Part shown: one piece after another, positions 1 to 11,710 of the stretch
How positions within the stretch are numbered: position 1 is the stretch's first letter
Layout of the letters: each line of letters begins with the position of its first letter
Program-made: the position numbers and the translations under genes
The notes under the pieces: generated by a model
Seen by the model: the letters and a program-made list of their open reading frames with translations, nothing else
Told to the model about the DNA's origin: nothing
Databases searched by the model: none
DNA from: Euglena gracilis
Taxonomy: Eukaryota
Length of the DNA: 64,000 nucleotides
Assembly: GCA_039621445.1 (NCBI GenBank)
Contig: CP154954.1
Location: 33,333,455 to 33,397,454 of the forward strand
Direction: 5' to 3'

Positions 1-1020
1 TTCTTCTGTAATGTTTATGAACTGCCACGCATTTTTGTTGGCGACATGCATGCATCTTCATATTTTTGCATGCATATTTTTAGCATCATTTCATTTGTCT
101 GTGGCATGTCTTCAAAATGGTTGTGTATTACAGTGTTTACAAACTGCTGAAAAACTTTTTTTTTGTTGTCTAAATGTCTGAATGCATCTGCAACAGCTTT
201 TGCAGCAACATTTGTTTGTGGCATGTCATAATATTCCAGCATGTCCTATGTACGTTTTCTTCTGGACATTTTCTGTGACATCATTCATTCAACATCTTGC
301 ACATTTAATGCATCACAATTCAACTCAGCATGTATACACTGTACACCCCCCACCTTCCAACGACAGCCCAAAGTCAATATTTGTGTGACATAAAATTCCT
401 TCTTCAGGAGAATTCACGAGGTGAAATCTGCGAGGTGAAATTTTCATGGGAAAAATTTTGCTCCTTTCCTCTCAAAATGGTCATTTTGAGGTTGATGCTT
501 CATGGAATTTTATCGAAATTTCCGAAAACTTGCCCAAAATGCCATTTTTGGCCATTTTTTTGCCAAAAAAAGTGCTCTTTTGGTGAACTTCACCGGTGAA
601 GTTCACCGATGGGTTAGGCAGAGAGGGGGGGAGAGGGTTCGGGACCCCCCGGTGAACTTTAAAACAGTGAACTTCACCATAGGGGGGGGAGGGGGGTTAA
701 AATGACCAAAGTCTACTGCCTGATCTCCCAGGTGTGCCGCGTAGATCCACCGCAGACCTCATACCCGAAATCTGGCGTCTTTGACGCAGACTCCGTCCTG
801 AGTCCCTGTGCCTTAGACGCGGATTTAAGGGTCAACTGTGCAAAACACCCAATCCAAGTGCAAAAATTTTCGGAACGGAGGCAAATATTTTTGAGATAAA
901 GTGCAAACATTCTTGATCTTTGAAATAAGGTGCAAACAAATTTTTAACAGCCTCCTAATTTCAAGAAGGTGCGTCTTAAGACGCAGACTACGCCCAAAGT
1001 ACTGCGTCTTGAATAATGAT

Positions 1021-1700
1021 TTTGTTGGAGCCCCCCAAAACCGACCAAAATGGTCCAGAATGCGTATTGAAGCGGAAATGTCATTGCTGCAAAAGCCGAT
1101 TGACCTCAGATTTTGTCCCACTTCATTCCAACCTTTGACAAATGAGTTACCACCCCCCCCCCCTTATTGTCCCACCGACCTCTCCCCGGGAGGCCCGACC
1201 GGACAATAAGGGGGGGGGGGACAATAAGGGGGTACCAAAGGAATTTCATTGGCCGGGCCAAAAAATCCCCTGTCGGCCGGGGCCCAGGGACAATAAGGGG
1301 GGGGGGACAATAAGGGGGGGGGGGTGGTACATTGGTTCGTGTCAATCCTGTTTTTCAAATACAATTCACTGCTTGGACATTTCCAAATACCAATTTTTGG
1401 CAAAGAAAAACACTGCATATGTGGGCACCTTGCATCAAAACCCCCTTTTCCGCCATTTCAAGCAGTTTTTTTTTGCAATAATTCTGGGCATTTTTGGAAT
1501 TTTTGGGGCCAATTCATGGTGATCATGGATTTTTTTGATGTCATGTTCGACCCCATTTTGGGCAGTTTTTGGCAGATTGTCAAGCATTTTTTTGGGATAG
1601 CTGCAAATATTGTTGATGAATTTTGGAAATGCTGGGCCTTTTGCGTCATTTTAGGTTATTTCTGACCAGATTTTGAACCGTGTCCATCCATTTTGGGCAT
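1021..1700. repeat. Dispersed repeat; inverted copy at about 5590-6135
   Basis: 1021-1149 plus 1330-1700 is close to the reverse complement of about 5590-6135. The second copy lacks the 1150-1327 insertion. Confidence 0.9.
1150..1327. mobile_element. Tc1/mariner-like MITE with TA TSD
   Basis: Termini CCACCC..CTTATTGTCCC / GGGACAATAAG..GGGTGG, flanked by TA at 1148-49 and 1328-29. The empty site GAGTTACATTGG is present in the inverted paralog near 6002-6013. Confidence 0.9.
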
Positions 1701-2443
1701 TTTGGCTACTCGCACAAGGCCACCTGTTGGCTTTGGGCAGATAGGGTGTTCACCAATTACCCGTCAATCAAAGTACGAAAATTCGTCCCAAATTCCTAAT
1801 TGGACCTATTTTGGACCCAAATGGCACGCAAATTCCTAATTGGGATCTAAAATTAGAGGAATGAATGACATCACTCAAGTCACGCATGACCTGCCGTAAA
1901 ACCCGTTTACCCCCCGCGACCCCCCCCCGACCCCCCCCCACCGACCCCAACACCCCCGTTGGCCCTCGCCACAAGGAGAACCTCCTATGACTGACTACAT
2001 GTGCGTCCACATGTGGACGGTACTTTTACTAGGGTTATGGAGGTTAGGCAGGGGTGGGGGGGGGGGTTGGGGGCTTCGCCCCTAAAGGAATTTCAATGGA
2101 GAAACTTCACCGGTGAAGTTCACCGGTGAAGTTCACCGCCATGTATTTCCAATGAAGAGGGGGGGGGTGGGGGGGGTCCCGCCCGAAAAACCCAAAGTTC
2201 ACCGCCTGATCTCCTATGTACAAGGAAGAATTCACCAGTGCCTGGGGGTTGGGGGTAGGTGGGGACCAAAATAGCACCAAAAAAAAAACGGCAGCCAGCG
2301 GTTTGAATTTTTTTGAATGGGTTGCAGTTTCTGTGCTTTTTCCCATCGACCAACACATTTTTGAGGATATATTTTGAGCCATTTTTGTCTCAAAATTTGT
2401 ATAGAGCACCTATGATAAAGCCAGTGAACCCTCCCCCCAAATA

Positions 2444-2621
2444 CCACCCCCCCCCCCTTTATTGTCCCACCGACCTGCCCCCGGGAGGCCCGACCGGACA
2501 ATAAAGGGGGGGGGACAATAAAGGGGTACCAAAGGAATTTCATTGGCCGGGCCAAAAAAACCCCCGTCGGCCGGGGCCCAGGGACAATAAAGGGGGGGGG
2601 ACAATAAAGGGGGGGGGGTGG
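2444..2621. mobile_element. Second copy of the 1150-1327 MITE
   Basis: Near-identical sequence, flanked by TA at 2442-43 and 2622-23. Confidence 0.9.
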
Positions 2622-3694
2622 TAACACCCCCCCCCTCGGACCCTTGACTTTCGGGCCGACGACCTGGATTTTGACCTTAAACCGTGTGTTGGGGATCTGG
2701 CTTCACGCCCGAACAGTTCAGTGTTCAGGGTGCCGGTTCGGGCGGGAAGCCGGCGAGAAGGGAACCAAAATGTTAAGTGATGTGACAATCATATCAGAGG
2801 AGTTTTGGTACCATCCCCCCCCCCCGGTCTTGTCCCATACCCCGGGTGACGCTAGCCCGGGTATGGGACAAGATCGGGGGAGGGGACAAAAGATCGTTTC
2901 AAGAAAATCAAGAAGCTTTCCTAAAGCGGACCCTGGCCCAGACCCTTTGGCCGGGTGTGGGATAAGATCGGGGGGGGGACAAGAATGGTGTTTGACCTGA
3001 AATTGGAGAATTTTTGTGCAATGATTCCCTTTGGCAACTTCTGGGGATTTTCGGAAATAAGAAGACCATGTAGTGTGACGGAAACCTGAGGCCAAGGTGA
3101 ACAGTGGAATTTGGAAATTGCGACCCTGTGTAGTGTGGCTGAGTTCTATGAGTTCGGTGGGCCTTGGACAGAGCTTTCAATTGATGTGCACTACTGCACC
3201 ATGGGATTTGAAAAACCAATATGTCAAATTTTGGAATATACGATCACTGAAAATAAGTGTTTTCTTTGGAAATTATTTTGCTTTATTACTGTTATTGTGG
3301 CTCTTTTGTGGTAATGTGTTGGAACTTTGCATTTTCTATTGGAAACATCATCAATCAAAAACCCGCCAGCTATGTGGAATGCCCCAATCTTGTTCATGGA
3401 AAGTGATCACCGGTGACCATATTGCCCCCCGTGGTTGGATCACGGGTGACCATATGGGGAATTGCGAGACAGTCACAGGTGCCCATAAGGTCACCCGTGT
3501 TTGTTTCACATTCTTTCTCATGCGGGGAAACCCTTGACTATTACACCTGACGCCTGAATTTTTCGCACTTCACACCGTATATTTTTGCATTTCCGGTCAT
3601 TTTTTTGCACTTTATCTCAAAAAAGTTTGCACATTGCCACCAATTTGTTTGCACTTCATCTCAAAAATGTTTGCACCTTTTCCCAAAATGTTTA

Positions 3695-4837
3695 AGCCCG
3701 TGTACCCCCCCTCCGGATTTGGACAAAGCCCGTGGACCCCCTACGCAGGCTTTGGCGGGGGTACACGGGCTTTGTCCTGAGCCCTGTGTAGGGGTACACG
3801 GGCTTTGTCTTGAGCCCTGTGTACCCCCTCAAAGTGAAAACTGCAATGCACAGCGATTTGGCAGAATGAATGTTGTCAGTTGCCGTAAAAAAAACCCAAG
3901 GCCAGGCATAGTGTACAGCCACGGAATGTTTCTTAGGGGGAAAGTGGCAACTAAGGGAGCCAGTGGTGTCACCGCTATGGTCGCTTGCCCTTCAGACAGG
4001 CTGGTAGAAGGGGCATTTCGCCGCCCTCACAGCGCGGACAACACCGGCTATTTCGGCTGGCCCAGGATTTGTTTCCTCCGCCTATGAAAAATGGACCCTG
4101 GGGATTTGTCGGGGCAGACGTGATTTTCAGTTGGCAGGGTGAAAATTTCCCACGCGCAGCAGTTTGTGCAACTCTTGGCGTTGGCCAAGGCTGTAAAATA
4201 ACACCATGATGTTGTACCTTTGAACCTCGAACCAGGAATCCCAACGCGTTTTGGCATGCATTTCCAGCAGAACAAAATTGGGAAATTGCCTATTTGCCTT
4301 TGGAACAATTTGTCGCTCTGGCCTGCCATTCTTTTGGAGCACCGCCAGCACATTCACGTTAGTGGTCAGAGTCGTGGGTGCCCATTCATACATGGCCTTA
4401 ACCGCCACAATTTTGGGTTCCGTGTTGACCAGGCATTCCGCACAGAGGGTCCACTTTGCAAAGGCAAAACGAGAACGAGAAAATTCTCGTTCTCGTTTTC
4501 CAGCCCCCATTCTCGCAAACGTTCTGGAAATGTTTCAGGGCTGTAAATGCCTTTTTCATATTTTTTACGCTCCCTCAGGACGAGGAACAGCTGCCTCAAA
4601 CGTGTCCCTAAAAAGTGCCGTGTCGGTTGACTATGCCGTCAAGGATTCCAACCTCCAGGTCCCTCAGGAAATCATCAAGTGTGGGCAGGAGCGGGACAGC
4701 CGACTCAGCCGCGATAACGAGCTGTGTGAGCAACATAGCTGTGGAAAGGGGGGGGGAAAAGGCCAATGGGTGTCTACATGGCCGCTGTAGGGGGGTCCAC
4801 GGGCTTTGTCCAAATCCGGAGGGGGGGTACACGGGCT
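3695..4837. mobile_element. About 1.1 kb TIR element flanked by TA, probably non-autonomous
   Basis: About 50-bp inverted termini AGCCCGTGTACCCCCCCTCCGGATTTGGACAAAGCCCGTGGACCCCC with TA on both sides. No recognisable transposase inside. Confidence 0.7.
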
Positions 4838-4840
4838 TAT

Positions 4841-4949
4841 AAAATTGGTGGGGGGGTACACGGGCTTTGTCCTGAGCCCTGTGTAGGGGTACATGGGCTT
4901 TGTCCTCCGCTCCGCTCCGGACAAAGCCCGTGTACCCCCCACCAATTTT
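4841..4949. repeat. Short hairpin built from the same GTACACGGGCTTTGTCC motif
   Basis: AAAATTGGTGGGGGG(G)TACACGGGCTTTGTCC ... GGACAAAGCCCGTGTACCCCCCACCAATTTT. Confidence 0.8.
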
Positions 4950-6499
4950 GAAAAAGTCTCTGTTTCAAAGTTTTTTGCACTTGGATGGGGTGTTTTGCAC
5001 ATTTGCCCTTTGAAACTTCAATCGGCGTGGATCTTTTTCCATTGTCCAGCATTAGCCATTTTTCCATTGAGCAAATAAAATGACGGAGTGCAAATTTTTT
5101 CGGAAGTGCAAACATTTTTGGGGGGAAGTTCAAATAATTTTGAGACTTTTGGACAATTTTTTTGAGGGCGCTGGGCATGGGCAAACATTTCAGACGCTTG
5201 GTGAAAATGGTTTTACACCTAGTGTCTGAAATGTTTGCCCACGGCCGACAAAAACATTTGCCCCAACCAGTCAAAATTTTTGCCTGGCTCCCTCTAAAAA
5301 ATTTGACCAGAGGCCTCAAAAACTTTTGCTCCGCGCCGCCAAATATTTGCATTTCCTCAAAAAAATATTTGCCCTCCGTCATTTTATTTTTGCACAATGA
5401 AAAAACCCTTACACTGGACAATGGAAAAAGATCCAGGCCAATTGAACGTCTTAACAGGTATTTTTTTCAAGTCTGCTTATTAGAGGCGTGGGGGCTCAGG
5501 ACGGAGTCTGCATCTTTGACAGCCAATGAAAAATGCAGTTGTTTATTGTGTTCAATCACCAACTTGCACGCGTACAATTGGTGAATTCCCAAAATGGATG
5601 GACACAGTTCAAAATCTGGTCAGAAATAACCTAAAATGACACAAAAGGCCCAGCATTTCCAAAATTCATCAACAATATTTGCAGCTATCCCAAAAAATGC
5701 TTGACAATCTGCCAAAAACTGCCCAAAATGGGGTCGAACATGACATCAAAAAAATCCATGATCACCATGAATTGGCCCCAAAAATTCCAAAAATGCCCAG
5801 AATTATTGCAAAAAAAACTGCTTGGAATGGCGGAAAACCAGCCAAAAATGGCTCAAATGGCAGAAATTTTGCAAATCATTTTCAATTTTTTGGGGGTTTT
5901 GATGCAAGGTGCCCACATATGCAGTGTTTTTCTTTGCCAAAAATTGGTATTTGGAAATGTCCAAGCAGTGAATTGTATTTGAAAAACAGGATTGACACGA
6001 ACCAATGTAACTCATTTGTCAAAGGTTGGAATGAAGTGGGACAAATTCTGAGGTCAATCGGCTTTTGTAGCAATGACATTTCCGCTTCAATACGCATTCT
6101 GAACCATTTTGGTCGGTTTTGGGGGGCTCCAACAACTCTCGGCCTCTGTTGTTCCATTCAAGGTTCCCGTTTTTTTTGTTTTAAAACAAAGCAAAAAAAC
6201 TTAACTGGATAAAAAACGGTTTAAAAACGGTTTTTTACCCCAAAAAAACACTACAAAATAGGAAAAAATCTGGTTTAAACAACTTGTTTAAAAACAGCCC
6301 GGAAACCTTGGTTCCATTCAGCATGAGGGTTATTTGGTGGCTTTTTTTGGTGGTCACAGTGGCATTGGTGTCAGACCAAGGAGAGGATGACAGTGGTTGG
6401 GTGAGGTGCAGGTTGACCAAAGCCAAGAGGTGGTCATCCAAGATGTTTACTGGGAGCAAGGGAGGTGGCAACCAACAGACATGTCAGGGTCCTTGAGTA

Positions 6500-6790
6500 G
6501 GGGTGCAATCCTTTGCGGAACATGGCCAAGGAGATGCGTGGGCCATCCTCCAAGTGGACCTACAGAATGCGTTCAATACAATTGACTGGCAAGCCCTCCT
6601 GAAAGTTGTCCGCAATCGTTGCGGGTCCTCGGCTTCCCAGTTGAACACTTTCAACATCATTCCGGAAAGGGGTGGTGATCAAGGTCGAAGAGGCATGGCG
6701 CGTCCTCGGCATTTTGGGAGATCCTCAGGTTGAGCATGTGCTCTTGCGTTATTGTCTTGACGCCTGCAAGGTGATGCACTTCCCACCCCC
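6500..6790 (+). pseudogene. Non-LTR retrotransposon reverse transcriptase fragment (CRE/SLACS-like)
   Basis: Peptides ILQVDLQNAFNTIDWQALL (RT DxxNAFN motif) and LGDPQVEHVLLRYCLDACKVMHF (typical CRE-clade region after RT). They are in different frames with a large internal deletion. Confidence 0.65.
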
Positions 6791-8329
6791 CCCCATGGTG
6801 GTCGGACCCCCTCGGCACGGCAAAATGGGGACCCCCCCCCCTGGTGGCCGAGGGTCCTCGTCAAACGTGCCGACCTCCAACAAACAGTCACGGCTGTTGA
6901 GGTTTCTGCCTGAGGCCTATGCTTGTGTGCAAACATTATTGAGATAAAGTGCAAAAACATTGACCGGAAGTGCAAAAACATACGGTGTGAAGTGCAAAAT
7001 ATCCATGCGTTAGGTGTAATTTGGTTGTTTTGGCCCAAAAAAACGAGGCCCCGCAAAGAAAAGACATTTTTTGGAGGTTTTCCCACGCACTGACCTGGCT
7101 CCCTGTTTGGTGTCAGCACCCGCAGGGCTTTCCTTTTGTTCGCATTTTTTTAAAATATTTTTAACTTTAATGGAGCCCAATTACACGGGGGGCTGGAACC
7201 CCCTGTTCACTGACTTCCGAACTGAACTAGACATGTTGACTTCCGGAGTGGGGGGAAGGTCCGGCACCGAAGGTGCCGAAAATTTTTTGAAAAAGAACCT
7301 TGATTGGTGTGTGCCCGTTGTTCCGGTTTTTGGTTTTTTTCCCGGAAGTGAACAAGTGTGGCTAGGTACACAGGGGGGCAGTCTCGGGACCCCCCTGTTC
7401 ACTTCCAAAGTGAGCTGAACAAGGGGGAGGGGGGGGAGGACTACCTAGCCTCTAATAACAAAACAAGCTGCTTTAACCCCCTCCAAAGAATCCCTGGGTC
7501 TTGTTTTCCAAGACTGAAAACTTTCGGCGCTTCGCATCATGTGTTAATTGTATAGGGTGATATTTGCCATACTTTTTTGCATTTCAAAATCCTGAAGTTT
7601 TTCAAATTTCATCATTCTTGTGTTAGGAAAACTTTCACCCTCTGGCGCTTCGCTCCGATGGCTTATTTTGGAAGGATAATTATTTTCGGGGGCGGGTCTT
7701 TCGAACCAAAGACCGTCGTAGAGGCAAGCACTTTGGGGGCATTTGGGGCGGAGCTTAAATTCGGCGAGCTTGACCTTGAGCTTACCCCCCCCATATAAGA
7801 CCAGGTTTTGAATAGTGCTGAGCTCTTGATAAGCGCACACCCACCCCTTCATAGACCCCCCTGGTCTCTGTCGATGTCCGTGACGGACCGGCAACCGGCA
7901 CAGGTCCCAATGGGTTCTGCCAAAGGAAGCCCCAACCACCATTTGAGCGGTGCAGCCCCCAAAAGAGCCCCTGCCATAAAAGAAGCTCAATTAATCACTG
8001 CTAACACTGGTGCCATAATGGGCGTTTCGAGAAAAAAAACAAATACACGTGTTTTTCGTTCGGCACGGCTGACAAGTATTTTCCAAGACGGGGGTGGGGG
8101 ATCCTTTGCCGTGCCATGGGATTCAACTTGGGGGGGGTCCCGTGCCTCTTCCAGAAGGAGGATGAGGACTGCAATGGGACGCACACAGCTGCAAGCAAGT
8201 CACGCCAGGCCTCTCTTTGGGGAAAGGGGTCGGCAAGGATTGGGGCTGGAGGCGAAAATGGACAAAAAATGCCTCAGATTTTTGGCGCATCCCATTTGTC
8301 ATCACCGTCCAAGTGGTGGTGAAGGTTTC

Positions 8330-8356
8330 GCTTTTTTTCCCTTCCCTTTTCCATAG
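8330..8356 (+). promoter_or_regulatory. Polypyrimidine tract + AG; candidate spliced-leader trans-splice acceptor
   Basis: CTTTTTTTCCCTTCCCTTTTCCATAG ends 12 nt before the ATG at 8369. Confidence 0.4.
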
Positions 8357-8368
8357 GGTTATTTGTTC

Positions 8369-8443
8369 ATGATGAGTGAAGCTTCTTGTCTTCCGAATGA
8401 TGTTTGGTATCATGTCTCTGATTTTTTGCAATCTGCAGCGTTG
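8369..8443 (+). CDS. Candidate first exon with F-box-like motif; possible 5' end of the LRR gene
   Basis: MMSEASCLPNDVWYHVSDFLQSAAL fits the F-box start LPxxxWxxIxxFL. The 3' boundary and the link to the LRR exons are not established. Confidence 0.45.
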
Positions 8444-8779
8444 GGCAAGAGAGAATTTTTCCAACGACTGAGGACAGATTTTCTGGACGAAGCGATTTCT
8501 CGCCTGTGGAGCTACCGCCAGGGGGCATTAGCCCTAGGGTTCGTAGCACTCGAAGTCCTCCATCCCTTGCCTCAGCTCCTGATGCTTGGCGATGGCGTGT
8601 TTGATAGGGGTTGCTTGTCCTTAGTGTCACTGCTCGGCCGAAGCCGCAATGGTTTAATTGTGACAGGTCAGGTAGACCGCCGGCCCTTACCCATCAGGCA
8701 CGCCAGGTTCAAGCCTCTGGTTGCTAATTTCCACCACACCGGCCCACTCCATGGATCTCTTTTGACTGAAATGCAAGGG

Positions 8780-8916
8780 TTTTGTGCCCGAAACCGGAGG
8801 CCAGGGGGTCAAAAAACAGTCGTTTTTGACTCAAATAACACTTTCTCTGCCACAGCGTCCGGGGACAAAGCCAAAACCATCGTTTCGAGCAAAATTTTTT
8901 TTAGATTTTTTTCGAC

Positions 8917-8956
<40 letters not shown>

Positions 8957-8963
8957 TTTTGTT

Positions 8964-9004
<41 letters not shown>

Positions 9005-9006
9005 TT

Positions 9007-9038
<32 letters not shown>

Positions 9039-9625
9039 CGACTTTTTGACCGAAAATCACCCAAAGGCAATGGGTTGGCAGCCCAAAACGGGGGGCTGGC
9101 GGGTCGAAAAAACGCTCATTTTCGGCTCAAAAACAAATTTTCCGGGTCCGGGAGGCCAAAAAACATCGTTTCGGGCAAAATTTTTTTTCGATTTTTTTCG
9201 ACTTTTTTGACCCGGTGTTGACCCAAAGTCAATGGGTCGGCGGCCCAAAACGGGGCGCTGGCGGGTCGAAAAACGCTCATTTTCGGCCCAAAAACAGTTT
9301 TTCCGGGTCCGGGAGGCCAAAAAACATCGTTTCGGGGAAAAATTTTTCGACTTTTTTTTTACCCAGTTTTGACCCGAAGGCAATGGGTTGGCGGCCCAAA
9401 ACAGGGCGCCGGCGGGTCGGAAAACGCTCATTTTCGGCTCAAAAACGGTTTTTCCGGGTCCGGGAGGCTAAAAAAGCATCGTTTAGGGCAAAAAAAATTT
9501 CGATTGTTTTCGACTTTTTTGACCTGGTTTTGACTCAAAGGCAATGGGTTGGCGGCCCAAAATGGGGCGCTGGTGGGTCGAAAAACGCTCATTTTCGGCT
9601 CAAAAACAGTTTTTCCGGGAGGCCA
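8780..9625. repeat. Tandem array of about 150-160 bp units containing a long poly-T tract
   Basis: Motif CATTTTCGGCYCAAAAAC recurs at about 9117, 9278, 9429 and 9590. Poly-T spans about 8921-9038. Confidence 0.85.
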
Positions 9626-10046
9626 AAGGATCTTGGTCAGGGATAAGAGCTCAGCGACCCCATATAAGACCCCCCCATATAAGACCCCCCCTTGGATTTT
9701 GGCTCCTGAGGGGGGTGTTATATGGGTGGGGCATGGTAGTCAGCCGATTACCCCCCCCCCCACCGCATCTTGCCACTCGACTAGCTGCCAACAGGGGCTA
9801 GTCAGCCGACCAATTGCGTAGTTGGCCGACTACCCAGTCTACTTCACATCCTTTTCGAAGATTTGTACCCCTGTTGGTCAATGGGGGCATGCGCAGGTTA
9901 TAATCAATCAACATCCAATAGAGATGCGTCAAAAATCGCGATTCACTGACATTGATGGGATTTGTGCTCATTTAATTGACCGTTGGGGGGACCAAACAAT
10001 TTCCATGCCCCCCCTCCCAAGCTGTTCCCATAGGGGGGACGGGAAT

Positions 10047-10356
10047 CAGGCTTCTGCTTAAGGGATTGCAGTCCCCCCCCCCCCGGGGAAAGGGCTGGAC
10101 TGAAGCTAGTCCAAATTTGGCCGCTAGCCCGTTTTTGGCCATTTTTGGGAATTTTTGGAACAAAATCAGCCAAAAATCTATTAAAAACCTGATTTCCACC
10201 TCGGCGCGCAGCGCCGGAGGAAAAAATTTTTTTCCAGTTGGGGGGACCCCCGGACCCCCCCCCCCCGAGGGGGGGTCTAGCTAGTCCATTTTTTCCAGTG
10301 TCTAGCCGATTGGCTAGCCAGTACCCCCCCCCCCGGGGTCCTTAAGCAAAAGCCTG
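10047..10356. mobile_element. hAT-like MITE (CAG...CTG termini, 8-bp TSD)
   Basis: TIR CAGGCTTCTGCTTAAGG / CCTTAAGCAAAAGCCTG (16/17). Flanks ACGGGAAT / ACTGGAAT (7/8). Confidence 0.85.
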
Positions 10357-10899
10357 ACTGGAATAGCTCACTGTCATAGCGTGCTTTGTGAAGAAACCCC
10401 GAAAGAATGGTCACATCGACATTATTTGGACGTTTTCAAAAATCGCTTTTTGGCAAATGTGCTTGAAATTGACCATTTTTTGTGAACATCCTAAAAAATT
10501 CCAAAGATGCCCCCTTTTGGGCTGTGCCAGGTTCGGGTATGGGAATAGCTTGAGTGGGACCTAGGTCCAGCTGCCCCCATACTGTTCCCATTGGGCCGTA
10601 AAGGGTCCGGGGCATGGACCTTGTTACTAATTCATTGTTGTTGGTGGTCCAGGTCACAGGGGGGGGGGACGTTTTTGGGGTGACTGAAACCCCCCCCTGT
10701 TTGATTAGGTTTTGTGTAGTACCGAGCCCTTGACATGTGTGATGGTGCCGTGGCAGATGTTTGAGGTGATCGGCAGCCGGCGGCCTAGCCCGGCCCAACG
10801 GCCCGGCGGCACGGCCCGGGCCGGTGGATTAGCGGCCCGGTGGCGGCCCATCCCGGGCCGGCCCGGCCAGGCTGGGGTAGATTCGATCAATCGATTAAT

Positions 10900-11710
10900 C
10901 GACTAATTGTTCGTCATCGCCGATTCCGAATCGTTCGGCCCAGGGCAATCGTTCATTATGGATGTCAACCACGATGGGCGCGATATTTGCTACAAACACA
11001 CAATTTCGTACAGTAACCAGTCAGATAATACTCTACTTGCTGGTACACCTTGACACAGTTGTTAAAGTTGCCATGAGTCAGCAAAGGTGCCAGTGAAATG
11101 CTGTGCGATTTATTAAGCTGACATGGTTCCTAATTTGCTAGTGCCTGGCCCAGAACAAGGAAAAAATTCGTTAGAGGGCGCGCAAAGAAAATGGTTTGAG
11201 TTCCGCATTTCAATTTCTTATGCAGATTTCAACAGCAAAACTCAGAAGGGACCAATTGATCGTTAATCGTCTGAGACACCCCGATTTATTCGCCTGCTCG
11301 AAACGATTAATTGGCACAACCCTAGGGAGGGGGGTCTTTTGGACCGAACTGGACCACCTGGTTTCCCCTGGGTACGTTCTGAAAACCGCCGGCTGCATAA
11401 AACCCGGTGGTAATTGAAGTTGTGATGCTCTTTGGGCTCTTTGTTGAGTGTTGTCCCGTAGGCTGCAGGTTTTGCCCATGAACAGACACACTACTGCCCC
11501 CAAAATTTTCGAATTAACGATAATTGTCGAAGAATTAGAGGGGATTAAAGGGAGGGAATATGAACGTACATCAAGAAAGAGATGCACATTCATTCTTCTC
11601 TTGATGCCGAGCCAGATTTGCCACCGCCTTCGATCACTATTAGCCAGTCGTCATATTTGGTGCCAAGTGACAGCAACCAATGTTGTGGATTTCTTCCAAG
11701 GCTGCACCAA
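10900..11710 (-). pseudogene. Possible decayed hAT transposase
   Basis: Minus-strand PGETRWSS (11343-11380) resembles the hAT TRWxS motif. Weaker VAVT/APNM lies upstream and FWARH and VPASRVLS downstream, in the expected order. A GGCCCG-rich tract lies at about 10770-10870. Many stops and frameshifts. Confidence 0.35.

Noticed and set aside
582-680. GGTGAACTTCACCGGTGAAGTTCACC palindromes (also at about 2103-2140) as operators or terminators
   Set aside because: They recur as part of a dispersed repeat, with no regulatory context.
3830-4790. Transposase inside the 3695-4837 TIR element
   Set aside because: No DDE or HTH motif could be recognised in any listed frame.
8784-9221. Poly-Phe and poly-Lys ORFs
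   Set aside because: These are translations of a poly-T tract inside a tandem repeat, possibly inflated by sequencing error.
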